Notes: generated by a model from the letters alone, not told the origin. Positions 40,301-56,643 are shown, counted from the stretch's first letter. The stretch is 64,000 nucleotides of DNA from Lytechinus pictus (GCF_037042905.1 NC_087250.1:10914001-10978000); one strand, 5' to 3'. Made by a program: numbers and translations.

Positions 40301-43300
40301 ATGAAATAACTTTTCCATTGATATATTGAATAGACAAAAATATATTTTGACATTTCTCTAAGGAATAGTGAACAAAGACCATTAAAATATAAATACATGA
40401 AGGTGTATACTTACCGTCTGTCAAATAACGTAAGGAAAAAGATATAGAATAACAAAAGATAAAAGCATTAAGGAATATTTTCGAATACACTCTTCGAAAC
40501 GTACTTGTAACTATTTGTATTGTTTAAGAGGTTGGCCTGATTTCAAAAAAGTAATTTTAGAGGATTGAAAAATGGAATTATTCATTATCATTACCCTAAA
40601 CATCAGTGGATTTTTTTTTCGTACTTATACTGTGGGTTAATCAAGGTGACCCTACGTTGTATTGAAAATATCTGATTTTTTTTGAAGAAAAAAAAAATTT
40701 TCTATTGATATATTGGATGGACAAGAATCAATCTTATAGACATTCATCTAAATGATAGTCAAAAATGCTTTGAAATATAAATACATGAAGGTGTATACTT
40801 ACGGCCTGTTAAATAAGGAAAAAGAGAAAGGATAACAAAAAAAAAGAAGCATTAAGAAAAATCTTCGAAAACGCTCTTTGAAACGTACTTTGAACTATTT
40901 GTATTGTTTAAGAAGTTGGCCTGATTTCAAAAATTTGTTTAGAGGATTGAAAAATGGAATGATTTCATTGTCATTACCCTAAATATCAATGGATTTGTTT
41001 CGTACTTATACTGTGGGTTAATCAAGGTGACCATACGTTGTATTGAAAATATCTGATTTCATGAAAATATATTTTCCATTGATAATATTTGATAGACAAA
41101 AATCAAGCTTATAGACATTCATCTAAATGATTGTCAAAAATACTTTGAAATATGAATGTTTGTGGTGTATATTTACCGACTTTCAAATAACGTAAGGAAA
41201 AAGAGATAGAATAACAAAAGATAAAAGCATTAAGGAATATTTTCGAATACACTCTTCGAAACGTACTTGGAACTATTTATATTGTTTTAGAGGTTGGCCT
41301 GATTTCAAAAAAGTAATTTTAGAGGATTGAAAAATTGAATTATTTGATTGTCATTATTCTAAATATCAATGGATTTTTTTCTCATACTGTGGGTTAATCA
41401 GGGTGACCATACGTTGTATTAAAAATATCTGATTTCATGAAATAACTTTTCCATTGATATATTGAATAGACACAAATATATTTTTACATTTCTCTAAGGA
41501 ATAGTGAACAAAGACCATTAAAATATAAATACATGAAGGTGTATACTTACCGTCTGTCAAATAACGTAAGGAAAAAGAGATAGAATAACAAAAGATAAAA
41601 GCATTAAGGAATATTTTCGAATACACTCTTCGAAACGTACTTGGAACTATTTGTATTGTTTAAGAGGTTGGCCTGATTTAAAAAAAAAAATAATTTTAGA
41701 GGATTGAAAAATGGAATAATTTCATTGTCATTACCCTAAATATCAATGGATTTATTTCGTACTTATACTGTGGGTAAATCAAGGTGACCATACGTTGTAT
41801 TGAAAATAGCTGATTTCATGAAATAACTTTTCCACTGATATATTGAATAGACAAAAATATATTTTGACATTTCTCTAAGGATTAGTGAACAAAGACCATT
41901 AAAATATAAATACATGAAGGTGTATACTTACCGTCTGTCAAATAACGTAAGGAAAAAGAGATAGAATAACAAAAGATAAAAGCATTAAGGAATATTTTCG
42001 AATACACTCTTCGAAACGTACTTGGAACTATTTGTATTGTTTAAGAGGTTGGCCTGATTTCAAAAAAGTAATTTTAGAGGATTGAAAAATGGAATTATTC
42101 ATTATCATTACCCTAAACATCAGTGGATTTTTTTTCGTACTTATACTGTGGGTTAATCAAGGTGACCCTACGTTGTATTGAAAATATCTGATTTTTTTGA
42201 AGAAAAAAAATTTTTCTATTGATATATTTGATGGACAAGAATCAATCTTATAGACATTCATCTAAATGATAGTCAAAAATGCTTTGAAATATAAATACAT
42301 GAAGGTGTATACTTACGGCCTGTTAAATAAGGAAAAAGAGAAAGGAAAACAAAAATATAAAAATATTAAGGTATATTTTAGGAAACGCTCTTCGAAACGT
42401 ACTTAGAACTATTTATATTGTTTTAGAGGTTGGCCTGATTTAAAAAAAATAATAATTTTAGAGGATTGAAAAATGGAATAATTTCATTGTCATTATCCTA
42501 AATATCAATGGATTTATTTCGTACTTATACTGTGGGTAAATCAAGGTGACCATACGTTGTATTGAAAATAGCTGATTTCATGAAATAACTTTTCCACTGA
42601 TATATTGAATAGACAAAAATATATTTTGACATTTCTCTAAGGAATAGTGAACAAAGACCATTAAAATATAAATACATGAAGGTGTATACTTACCGTCTGT
42701 CAAATAACGTAAGGAAAAAGAGATAGAATAACAAAAGATAAAAGCATTAAGGAATATTTTCGAATACACTCTTCGAAACGTACTTGGAACTATTTGTATT
42801 GTTTAAGAGGTTGGCCTGATTTCAAAAAAGTAATTTTAGAGGATTGAAAAATGGAATTATTCATTATCATTACCCTAAACATCAGTGGATTTTTTTTCGT
42901 ACTTATACTGTGGGTTAATCAAGGTGACCCTACGTTGTATTGAAAATATCTGATTTTTTTGAAGAAAAAAAAATTTTCTATTGATATATTTGATGGACAA
43001 GAATCAATCTTATAGACATTCATCTAAATGATAGTCAAAAATGCTTTGAAATATAAATACATGAAGGTGTATACTTACGTCCTGTTAAATAAGGAAAAAG
43101 AGAAAGGAAAACAAAAATATAAAAATATTAAGGTATATTTTAGGAAACGCTCTTCGAAACGTACTTAGAACTATTTATATTGTTTTAGAGGTTGGCCTGA
43201 TTTAAAAAAATTATAATTTTAGAGGATTGAAAAATGGAATAATTTCATTGTCATTACCCTAAATATCAATGGATTTATTTCGTACTTATACTGTGGGTAA

Positions 43301-46300
43301 ATCAAGGTGACCATACGTTGTATTGAAAATATCTGATTTCATGAGGAAACCTTTTCCACTGATATATTGAATAGACAAAAATAAATTTCTACATTTCTCT
43401 AAGGAATAGTGAACAAAGACCATTAAAATATAAATACATGAAGGTGTATACTTACGCCCTGTCAAATAACGTAAGGAAAAAGAGAAAGAATAACAAAAGA
43501 TAAAAGCAATAAGGAATATTTTCGAATACACTCTTCGAAACGTACTTGGAACTATTTATATTGTTTTAGAGGTGGGCCTGATTTAAAAAAAATAATTCTA
43601 GAGGATCGAAAAATAGAATTATTTTATATTCATTACTCTAAAATTCAATGGACTTTTTTTTTAACTTATACTGTGGGTAAATCAAGGTGACCATACGTTG
43701 TATTGAACATATCAAACTTCATGAGGAAACCTTTTCCACTGATATATTGAATAGACAAAAATATATTTTGACATTTCTCTAAGGAATAGTGAACAAAGAC
43801 CATTAAAATATAAATACATGAAGGTGTATACTTACAGACTGTTAAATAAGGAAAAAGAGAAAGGATAACAAAAATATAAATATATTAAGGAATATTTTTC
43901 GAAAACGCTCTTCGAAACGTACTTGGAACTATTTGTATTGTTCAAATAGGTCGGTGTGATTTCAAAAAAGTAATTTTAGAGGATTGAAAAATTGAATTAT
44001 TTTATTGTCATTACCCTAAATATCAATGGATTTATTTCGTACTTATACTGTGGGTAAATCAAGGTGACCATACGTTGTATTGAACATATCTAACTTCATG
44101 AGGAAACATTTTCCACTGATATATTGAATAGACAAAAATCAAGCTTGTAAACATTCATCTAAATGATAGTCAAAATACTTTAAAATATAAACGTATGTGG
44201 TGTATACTTACCGACTGTCAGATAACGTAAGGATAAAGAGAAAGATTAAGAAAATGTACAAGCATTAAGGAATATTTTAGAAAACGCTCTTCGAAACGTA
44301 CATTGAACTATTTGTATTGTTTAAGAGGTTGGCCTGATTTCAAAAAAATTATTCTAGAGGATCGAAAAATAGAATTATTTTATATTCATTACTCTAAAAT
44401 TCAATGGACTTTTTTTTTAACTTATACTGTGGGTAAATCAAGGTGACCATACGTTGTATTGAACATATCTAACTTCATGAGGAAACATTTTCCACTGATA
44501 TATTGAATAGACAAAAATATATTTTGACATTTCTCTAAGGAATAGTGAACAAAGACCATTAAAATATAAATACATGAAGGTGTATACTTACAGGCTGTTA
44601 AATAAGGAAAAAGAGAAAGGATAACAAAAATATAAATATATTAAGGAATATTTTTCGAAAACGCTCTTCGAAACGTACTTGGAACTATTTGTATTGTTCA
44701 AATAGGTCGGTGTGATTTCAAAAAAGTAATTTTAGAGGATTGAATAATTGAATTAGTTTATTGTCATTACCCTAAATATCAATGGATTTTTTTTTCTCGT
44801 ACTGCGGGTTAGTCAAGTTGACCATGCGTTGTAATGAAAATATCTGATTTCATGAAAAACTTTTTCCATTGATATATTGGATAGACAAAAATCAAGCTTG
44901 TAAACATTCATCTAAATGATAGTCAAAATACTTTAAAATATAAACGTATGTGGTGTATACTTACCGACTGTCAGATAACGTAAGGATAAAGAGAAAGATT
45001 AAGAAAATGTACAAGCATTAAGGAATATTTTAGAAAACGCTCTTCGAAACGTACTTTGAACTATTTGTATTGTTTAAGAGGTTGGCCTGATTTCAAAAAA
45101 AATATTTTAGAGGATTGAAAAATGGAATTATTTCATTATCATTACCCTAAATATCAGTGGATTTTTTTTCGTACTTATACTGTGGGTTTATCAAGGTGAC
45201 CCTACGTTGTATTGAAAATATCTGATTTTTTTAAAGAAAAAAAATTTCTATTGATATATTGGATGGACAAGAATCAATTTTATAGACATTCATCTAAATG
45301 ATAGTCAAAAATGCTTTGAAATATAAATGTATGTGGTGTATACTTACTTTCTGCCAAATAAGATAAGGAAAAAAGAGGAAGAATAACAAAATATAGAAGC
45401 ATTAAGAAAACTTTTCGAAAACGCTCTTCGAAACGGAATTGGAAATATTTGAATTGTTTAAGAGTTTGGCCTGATTTCAAAAAAGTAATTTTAGAGGATT
45501 GAAAAATTGAATTATTTGATTGTCATTATTCTAAATATCAATGGATTTTTTTCTCATACTGTGGGTTAATCAGGGTGACCATACGTTGTATTAAAAATAT
45601 CTGATTTCATGAAATAACTTTTCCATTGATATATTGAATAGACACAAATATATTTTTACATTTCTCTAAGGAATAGTGAACAAAGACCATTAAAATATAA
45701 ATACATGAAGGTGTATACTTACCGTCTGTCAAATAACGTAAGGAAAAAGAGATAGAATAACAAAAGATAAAAGCATTAAGGAATATTTTCGAATACACTC
45801 TTCGAAACGTACTTGGAACTATTTGTATTGTTTAAGAGGTTGGCCTGATTTAAAAAAAATAATAATTTTAGAGGATTGAAAAATGGAATAATTTCATTGT
45901 CATTACCCTAAATATCAATGGATTTATTTCGTACTTATACTGTGGGTAAATCAAGGTGACCATACGTTGTATTGAAAATAGCTGATTTCATGAAATAACT
46001 TTTCCACTGATATCTTGAATAGACAAAAACATATTTTGACATTTCTCTAAGGAATAGTGAACAAAGACCATTAAAATATAAATACATGAAGGTGTATACT
46101 TACCGTCTGTCAAAAAACGTAAGGAAAAAGAGATAGAATAACAAAAGATAAAAGCATTAAGGAATATTTTCGAATACACTCTTCGAAACGTATTTGGAAC
46201 TATTTTTGTATTGTTTTAGATGTCGGCCTGATTTCAAAAAAGTAATTTTAGAGGATTGAAAAATTGAATTATTTTATTGTCATTACCCTAAATATCAATG

Positions 46301-49300
46301 GATTTATTTCGTACTTATACTGTGGGTTAGTCAAGGTAACCATACGTTGTATTAAAAATATCTGATTTCATGAGGAAACCTTTTCCACTGATATATTGAA
46401 TAGACAAAAATATATTTTGACATTTCTCTAAGGAATAGTGAACAAAGACCATTAAAATATAAATACATGAAGGTGTATACTTACGGCCTGTTAAATAAGG
46501 AAAAAGAGAAAGGATAACAAAAATATAAAAATATTAAGGTATATTTTAGGAAACGCTCTTCGAAACGTACTTAGAACTATTTATATTGTTTTAGAGGTTG
46601 GCCTGATTTCAAAAAAGTAATTTTAGAGGATTGAAAAATTCAATTATTTGATTGTCATTATTCTAAATATCAATGGATTTTTTTCTCATACTGTGGGTTA
46701 ATCAGGGTGACCATACGTTGTATTAAAAATATCTGATTTTATGAAAATAACTTTTTCTATTGATATAGTGGATAGACAAAAATCAAGCTTATAAACATTC
46801 ATCTAAATGATAGTCAAAAATACTTTGAAATATAAACGTATATGGTGTATACTTACTGACTGTCAGATAACGTAAGGATAAAGAGAAAGATTAAGAAAAT
46901 GTAGAAGCATAAAGGAATATTTTAGAAAACGCTCTTCGAAACGGACTTGGAAATATTTGAATTGTTTAAGAGGTTGGCCTGATTTCAAAAAAATAATTTT
47001 AGAGGATTGAAAAATTGAATAATTTCATTGTCATTACCCTAAATATCAATGGATTTATTTCGTACTTATACTGTGGGTAAATCAAGGTGACCATACGTTG
47101 TTTTGAACATATCTAACTTCATGAGGAAACCTTTTCCACTGATATATTGAATAGACAAAAATATATTTTGACATTTCTCTAAGGAATAGTGAACAAAGAC
47201 CATTAAAATATAAATACATGAAGGTGTATACTTACAGGCTGTTAAATAAGGAAAAAGAGAAAGGATAACAAAAATATAAAAATATTAAGGAATATTTTAT
47301 AAAACGCTCTTCGAAACGTACTTTGAACTATTTTTGTATTGTTTAAGAGGTTGGCCTGATTTAACAAAAAATAATTTTAGAGGATTGAAAAATTGAATTA
47401 TTCATTATCATTACCCTAAACATCAGTTGATTTTTTTTTCGTACTTATACTGTGGGTTAATCAAGGTGACCCTACGTTGTATTGAAAATATCTGATTTTT
47501 TAAAATAACTTTTCCATTGATATATTGAATAGACAAAAATATATTTTGACATTTCTCTAAGGAATAGTGAACAAAGACCATTAAAATATAAATACATGAA
47601 GGTGTATACTTACGGGCTGTTAAATAAGGAAAAAGAGAAAGAATAACAAAATATAGAAGCATTAAGAAAACTTTTCGAAAATGCTCTTCGAAACGGACTT
47701 GGAAATATTTGTATTGTTTAAGAGGTTGGCCTGATTTCAAAAAAATAATTTTAGAGGATTGAAAAATGGAACAATTTCATTGTCATTACCCTAAATATCA
47801 ATTGATTTATTTCGTACTTATACTGTAGGTAAATCAAGGTGACCATACGTTGTATTGAACATATCTAACTTCATGAGGAAACCTTTTCCACTGATATATT
47901 AAATAGACAAAAATATATTTTGACATTTCTCTAAGGAATAGTGAACAAAGACCATTAAAATATAAACACATGAAGGTGTATACTTACGGGCTGTTAAATA
48001 AGGAAAAAGAGAAAGAATAACAAAATATAGAAGCATTAAGAAAACTTTTTCGAAAACGCTCTTCGAAACGGACTTGGAAATATTTGAATTGTTTAAGAGG
48101 TTGGCCTGATTTCAGAAAAATAATTTTAGAGGATTGAAAAATGGAATAATTTTATTGTCATTACCCTAAACATCAGTGGATTTTTTTTTCGTACTTATAC
48201 TGTGGGTTAATCAAGGTGACCCTACGTTGTATTGAAAATATCTGATTTTTTTTTAAGAAAAAAAAAAATTCTATTGATATATTGGATGGACAAGAATCAA
48301 TCTTATAGACATTCATCAAAATGATAGTCAAAAATGCTTTGAAATATAAATACATGAAGGTGTATACTTACGGCCTGTTAAATAAGGAAAAAGAGAAAGG
48401 ATAACAAAAATATAAAAATATTAAGGTATATTTTAGGAAACGCTCTTCGAAACGTACTTAGAACTATTTATATTGTTTTAGAGGTTGGCCTGATTTCAAA
48501 AAAGTAATTTTAGAGGATTGAAAAATTGAATTATTTGATTGTCATTATTCTAAATATCAATGGATTTTTTTCTCATAATGTGGGTTAATCCCGGTGACCA
48601 TACGTTGTATTAAAAATATCTGATTTTATGAAAATAACTTTTTCTATTGATATAGTGGATAGACAAAAATCAAGCTTATAAACATTCATCTAAATGATAG
48701 TCAAAAATACTTTGAAATATAAACGTATGTGGTGTATACTTACTGACTGTCAGATAACGTAAGGATAAAGAGAAAGATTAAGAAAATGTAGAAGCATAAA
48801 GGAATATTTTAGAAAACGCTCTTCGAAACGGACTTGGAAATATTTGAATTGTTTAAGAGGTTGGCCTGATTTCAAAAAAATAATTTTAGAGGATTGAAAA
48901 ATTGAATAATTTCATTGTCATTACCCTAAAAATCAATGGATTTATTTCGTACTTATACTGTGGGTAAATCAAGGTGACCATACGTTGTATTGAAAATAGC
49001 TGATTTCATGAAATAACTTTTCCACTGATATCTTGAATAGACAAAAACATATTTTGACATTTCTCTAAGGAATAGTGAACAAAGACCATTAAAATATAAA
49101 TACATGAAGGTGTATACTTACCGTCTGTCAAAAAACGTAAGGAAAAAGAGATAGAATAACAAAAGATAAAAGCATTAAGGAATATTTTCGAATACACTCT
49201 TCGAAACGTATTTGGAACTATTTTTGTATTGTTTTAGATGTCGGCCTGATTTCAAAAAAGTAATTTTAGAGGATTGAAAAATTGAATTATTTTATTGTCA

Positions 49301-52300
49301 TTACCCTAAATATCAATGGATTTATTTCGTACTTATACTGTGGGTTAGTCAAGGTAACCATACGTTGTATTAAAAATATCTGATTTCATGAGGAAACCTT
49401 TTCCACTGATATATTGAATAGACAAAAATATATTTTGACATTTCTCTAAGGAATAGTGAACAAAGACCATTAAAATATAAATACATGAAGGTGTATACTT
49501 ACGGCCTGTTAAATAAGGAAAAAGAGAAAGGATAACAAAAATATAAAAATATTAAGGTATATTTTAGGAAACGCTCTTCGAAACGTACTTAGAACTATTT
49601 ATATTGTTTTAGAGGTTGGCCTGATTTCAAAAAAGTAATTTTAGAGGATTGAAAAATTCAATTATTTGATTGTCATTATTCTAAATATCAATGGATTTTT
49701 TTCTCATACTGTGGGTTAATCAGGGTGACCATACGTTGTATTAAAAATATCTGATTTTATGAAAATAACTTTTTCTATTGATATAGTGGATAGACAAAAA
49801 TCAAGCTTATAAACATTCATCTAAATGATAGTCAAAAATACTTTGAAATATAAACGTATATGGTGTATACTTACTGACTGTCAGATAACGTAAGGATAAA
49901 GAGAAAGATTAAGAAAATGTAGAAGCATAAAGGAATATTTTAGAAAACGCTCTTCGAAACGGACTTGGAAATATTTGAATTGTTTAAGAGGTTGGCCTGA
50001 TTTCAAAAAAATAATTTTAGAGGATTGAAAAATTGAATAATTTCATTGTCATTACCCTAAATATCAATGGATTTATTTCGTACTTATACTGTGGGTAAAT
50101 CAAGGTGACCATACGTTGTTTTGAACATATCTAACTTCATGAGGAAACCTTTTCCACTGATATATTGAATAGACAAAAATATATTTTGACATTTCTCTAA
50201 GGAATAGTGAACAAAGACCATTAAAATATAAATACATGAAGGTGTATACTTACAGGCTGTTAAATAAGGAAAAAGAGAAAGGATAACAAAAATATAAAAA
50301 TATTAAGGAATATTTTATAAAACGCTCTTCGAAACGTACTTTGAACTATTTTTGTATTGTTTAAGAGGTTGGCCTGATTTAACAAAAAATAATTTTAGAG
50401 GATTGAAAAATTGAATTATTCATTATCATTACCCTAAACATCAGTTGATTTTTTTTTCGTACTTATACTGTGGGTTAATCAAGGTGACCCTACGTTGTAT
50501 TGAAAATATCTGATTTTTTAAAATAACTTTTCCATTGATATATTGAATAGACAAAAATATATTTTGACATTTCTCTAAGGAATAGTGAACAAAGACCATT
50601 AAAATATAAATACATGAAGGTGTATACTTACGGGCTGTTAAATAAGGAAAAAGAGAAAGAATAACAAAATATAGAAGCATTAAGAAAACTTTTCGAAAAT
50701 GCTCTTCGAAACGGACTTGGAAATATTTGTATTGTTTAAGAGGTTGGCCTGATTTCAAAAAAATAATTTTAGAGGATTGAAAAATGGAACAATTTCATTG
50801 TCATTACCCTAAATATCAATTGATTTATTTCGTACTTATACTGTAGGTAAATCAAGGTGACCATACGTTGTATTGAACATATCTAACTTCATGAGGAAAC
50901 CTTTTCCACTGATATATTAAATAGACAAAAATATATTTTGACATTTCTCTAAGGAATAGTGAACAAAGACCATTAAAATATAAACACATGAAGGTGTATA
51001 CTTACGGGCTGTTAAATAAGGAAAAAGAGAAAGAATAACAAAATATAGAAGCATTAAGAAAACTTTTTCGAAAACGCTCTTCGAAACGGACTTGGAAATA
51101 TTTGAATTGTTTAAGAGGTTGGCCTGATTTCAGAAAAATAATTTTAGAGGATTGAAAAATGGAATAATTTTATTGTCATTACCCTAAACATCAGTGGATT
51201 TTTTTTTCGTACTTATACTGTGGGTTAATCAAGGTGACCCTACGTTGTATTGAAAATATCTGATTTTTTTTTAAGAAAAAAAAAAATTCTATTGATATAT
51301 TGGATGGACAAGAATCAATCTTATAGACATTCATCAAAATGATAGTCAAAAATGCTTTGAAATATAAATACATGAAGGTGTATACTTACGGCCTGTTAAA
51401 TAAGGAAAAAGAGAAAGGATAACAAAAATATAAAAATATTAAGGTATATTTTAGGAAACGCTCTTCGAAACGTACTTAGAACTATTTATATTGTTTTAGA
51501 GGTTGGCCTGATTTCAAAAAAGTAATTTTAGAGGATTGAAAAATTGAATTATTTGATTGTCATTATTCTAAATATCAATGGATTTTTTTCTCATAATGTG
51601 GGTTAATCCCGGTGACCATACGTTGTATTAAAAATATCTGATTTTATGAAAATAACTTTTTCTATTGATATAGTGGATAGACAAAAATCAAGCTTATAAA
51701 CATTCATCTAAATGATAGTCAAAAATACTTTGAAATATAAACGTATGTGGTGTATACTTACTGACTGTCAGATAACGTAAGGATAAAGAGAAAGATTAAG
51801 AAAATGTAGAAGCATAAAGGAATATTTTAGAAAACGCTCTTCGAAACGGACTTGGAAATATTTGAATTGTTTAAGAGGTTGGCCTGATTTCAAAAAAATA
51901 ATTTTAGAGGATTGAAAAATTGAATAATTTCATTGTCATTACCCTAAAAATCAATGGATTTATTTCGTACTTATGCTGTGGGTAAATCAAGGTGACCATA
52001 CGTTGTATTGAAAATAGCTGATTTCATGAAATAACTTTTCCACTGATATATTGCATAGACAAAAATATATTTTGAAATTTCTCTAAGAAATAGTGAACAA
52101 AGACCATTAAAATATAAATACATTAAGGTGTATACTTACGGGCTGTTAAATAAGGAGAAAGAGAAAGGATAACAAAAATATAGAAATATTAAGGAATATT
52201 TTAGAAAACGCTCTTCGAAACGTACTTTGAACTATTTTTGTATTGTTTTAGATGTCGGCCTGATTTCAAAAAAGTAATTTTAGAGGATTGAAAAATGGAA

Positions 52301-55300
52301 TAATTTCATTGTCATTACCCTAAATATCAATGGATTTATTTCGTACTTATACTGTGGGTAAATCAAGGTGACCATACGTTGTATTGAACATATCTAACTT
52401 CATGAGGAAACCTTTTCCACTGATATATTGAATAGACAAAAATAAATTACTACATTTCTCTAAGGAATAGTGAACAAAGACCATTAAAATATAAATACAT
52501 GAAGGTGTATACTTACGCCCTGTCAAATAACGTAAGGAAAAAGAGAAAGAATAACAAAAGATAAAAGCAATAAGGAATATTTTCGAATACACTCTTCGAA
52601 ACGTACTTGGAACTATTTATATTGTTTTAGAGGTGGGCCTGATTTAAAAAAAATAATTCTAGAGGATCGAAAAATATAATTATTTTATATTCATTACTCT
52701 AAAATTCAATGGACTTTTTTTTTAACTTATACTGTGGGTAAATCAAGGTGACCATACGTTGTATTGAACATATCTAACTTCATGAGGAAACCTTTTCCAC
52801 TGATATATTGAATAGACAAAAATATATTTTGACATTTCTCTAAGGAATAGTGAACAAAGACCATTAAAATATAAATACATGAAGGTGTATACTTACAGGC
52901 TGTTAAATAAGGAAAAAGAGAAAGGATAACAAAAATATAAATATATTAAGGAATATTTTTCGAAAACGCTCTTCGAAACGTACTTGGAACTATTTGTATT
53001 GTTCAAATAGGTCGGTGTGATTTCAAAAAAGTAATTTTAGAGGATTGAATAATTGAATTAGTTTATTGTCATTACCCTAAATATCAATGGATTTTTTTTT
53101 CTCGTACTGCGGGTTAGTCAAGTTGACCATGCGTTGTAATGAAAATATCTGATTTCATGAAAAACCTTTTCCATTGATATATTGGATAGACAAAATTCAA
53201 GCTTATAGACATTCATCTAAATGATAGTTAAAAATACTTTGAAATATAAATGTTTGTGGTGTATACTTAAGTTCTGCCAATTAAGATGAGGAAACAGAGA
53301 AAGAATAACACATAATAGAAGCATTAAGGAATATTTTCGAAAACGCTCTTCGAAACGTACTTTGAACAATTTGTTTGGTTTAAGAGGTTGGCCTGATTTC
53401 AAAAAAATAATTTTAGAGGATTGAAAAATGGAATAATTTCATTGTCATTACCCTAAAAATCAATGGATTTATTTCGTACTTATGCTGTGGGTAAATCAAG
53501 GTGACCATACGTTGTATTGAAAATAGCTGATTTCATGAAATAACTTTTCCACTGATATATTGCATAGACAAAAATATATTTTGAAATTTCTCTAAGAAAT
53601 AGTGAACAAAGACCATTAAAATATAAATACATTAAGGTGTATACTTACGGGCTGTTAAATAAGGAAAAAGAGAAAGGATAACAAAAATATAAAAATATTA
53701 AGGAATATTTTAGAAAACGCTCTTCGAAACGTACTTTGAACTATTTTTGTATTGTTTTAGATGTCGGCCTGATTTCAAAAAAGTAATTTTAGAGGATTGA
53801 AAAATGGAATAATTTCATTGTCATTACCCTAAATATCAATGGATTTATTTCGTACTTATACTGTGGGTAAATCAAGGTGACCATACGTTGTATTGAACAT
53901 ATCTAACTTCATGAGGAAACCTTTTCCACTGATATATTGAATAGACAAAAATAAATTACTACATTTCTCTAAGGAATAGTGAACAAAGACCATTAAAATA
54001 TAAATACATGAAGGTGTATACTTACGCCCTGTCAAATAACGTAAGGAAAAAGAGAAAGAATAACAAAAGATAAAAGCAATAAGGACTATTTTCGAATACA
54101 CTCTTCGAAACGTACTTGGAACTATTTATATTGTTTTAGAGGTGGGCCTGATTTAAAAAAAATAATTCTAGAGGATCGAAAAATATAATTATTTTATATT
54201 CATTACTCTAAAATTCAATGGACTTTTTTTTTTACTTATTCTGTGGGTAAATCAAGGTGACCATACGTTGTATTGAACATATCTAACTTCATGAGGAAAC
54301 CTTTTCCACTGATATATTGAATAGACAAAAATATATTTTGACATTTCTCTAAGGAATAGTGAACAAAGACCATTAAAATATAAATACATGAAGGTGTATA
54401 CTTACAGGCTGTTAAATAAGGAAAAAGAGAAAGGATAACAAAAATATAAATATATTAAGGAATATTTTTCGAAAACGCTCTTCGAAACGTACTTGGAACT
54501 ATTTGTATTGTTCAAATAGGTCGGTGTGATTTCAAAAAAGTAATTTTAGAGGATTGAATAATTGAATTAGTTTATTGTCATTACCCTAAATATCAATGGA
54601 TTTTTTTTTCTCGTACTGCGGGTTAGTCAAGTTGACCATGCGTTGTAATGAAAATATCTGATTTCATGAAAAACCTTTTCCATTGATATATTGGATAGAC
54701 AAAATTCAAGCTTATAGACATTCATCTAAATGATAGTTAAAAATACTTTGAAATATAAATGTTTGTGGTGTATACTTAAGTTCTGCCAAATAAGATGAGG
54801 AAACAGAGAAAGAATAACACATAATAGAAGCATTAAGGAATATTTTCGAAAACGCTCTTCGAAACGTACTTTGAACAATTTGTTTGGTTTAAGAGGTTGG
54901 CCTGATTTCAAAAAAATAATTTTAGAGGATTGAAAAATGGAATAATTTCATTGTCACTACCCTAAATATCAATAGATTTATTTCGTACTTATACTGTGGG
55001 TAAATCAAGGTGACCATACGTTGTATTGAAAATATCTGATTTCATGAAATAACTTTTCCATTGATATATTGAATAGACAAAAATATATTTTACATTTCTC
55101 TAAGGAATAGTGAACAAAGACCATTAAAATATGATTACATGAAGGTGTATACTTACCGTCTGTCAAATAACGTAAGGAAAAAGAAAAAGAATAACAAGAG
55201 ATAAAAGCATTTAGGAATATTTTCGAATACACTCTTCGAAACGTGATTGGAACTATTTGTATTGTTCAAAGAGGTCGGTGTGATTTCAAAAAAGTAATTT

Positions 55301-56643
55301 TAGAGGATTGAAAAATTGAATTATTTTATTGTCATTACCCTAAATATCAATGGATTTATTTCGTACTTATACTGTGGGTAAATCAAGGTGACCATACGTT
55401 GTATTGAAAATATCTGATTTCATGAAATAACTTTTCCACTGATATATTGAATAGACAAAAATCAAGCTTGTAAACATTCATCTAAATGATAGTCAAAATA
55501 CTTTAAAATATAAACGTATGTGGTGTATACTTACCGACTGTCAGATAACGTAAGGATAAAGAGAAAGATTAAGAAAATGTACAAGCATTAAGGAATATTT
55601 CAGAAAACGCTCTTCGAAACGTACTTTGAACTATTTGTATTGTTTAAGAGGTTGGCCTGATTTCAAAAAAATAATTTTAGAGGATTGAAAAATGGAATTA
55701 TTTCATTATCATTACCCTAAATATCAGTGGATTTTTTTTCGTACTTATACTGTGGGTTTATCAAGGTGACCCTACGTTGTATTGAAAATATCTGATTTTT
55801 TGAAAGAAAAATAAATTCTATTGATATATTGGATGGACAAGAATCAATCTTATAGACATTCATCTAAATGATAGTCAAAAATGCTTTGAAATATAAATGT
55901 ATGTGGTGTATACTTACTTTCTGCCAAATAAGATAAGGAAAAAAGAGGAAGAATAACAAAATATAGAAGCATTAAGAAAACTTTTCGAAAACGCTTTTCG
56001 AAACGGAATTGGAAATATTTGAATTGTTTAAGAGTTTGGCCTGATTTAAAAAAAATAATTTTTGAGGATTGAAAAATGGAATAATTTCATTGTCATTACC
56101 CTAAATATCAATGGATTTATTTCGTACTTATACTGTGGGTAAATCAAGGTGACCATACGTTGTATTGAAAATATCTGATTTCATGAAATAACTTTTCCAT
56201 TGATATATTGAATAGACAAAAATATATTTTTACATTTCTCTAAGGAATAGTGAACAAAGACCATTAAAATATAAATACATGAAGGTGTATACTTACGCCC
56301 TGTCAAATAACGTAAGGAAAAAGAGAAAGAATAACAAAAGATAAAAGCAATAAGGAATATTTTCGAATACACTCTTCGAAACGTACTTGGAACTATTTAT
56401 ATTGTTTTAGAGGTGGGCCTGATTTAAAACAAAATAATTCTAGAGGATCGAAAAATAGAATTATTTTATATTCATTACTCTAAAATTCAATGGACTTTTT
56501 TTTTAACTTATACTGTGGGTAAATCAAGGTGACCATACGTTGTATAGAACATATCTAACTTCATGAGGAAACCTTTTCCACTGATATATTGAATAGACAA
56601 AAATATATTTTGACATTTCTCTAAGGAATAGTGAACAAAGACC
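19372..56643. repeat. ~380-bp AT-rich tandem satellite array (left part, ~98 monomers)
   Basis: Head-to-tail recurrence of cgtacttatactgtgggt(a/t)aatcaaggtgacc...ggtgtatacttac...gctcttcgaaacg...ttttagaggattgaaaaat. Recurring ORFs are spaced by multiples of 381 (30788, 31550; 41435, 42578). Confidence 0.98.
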
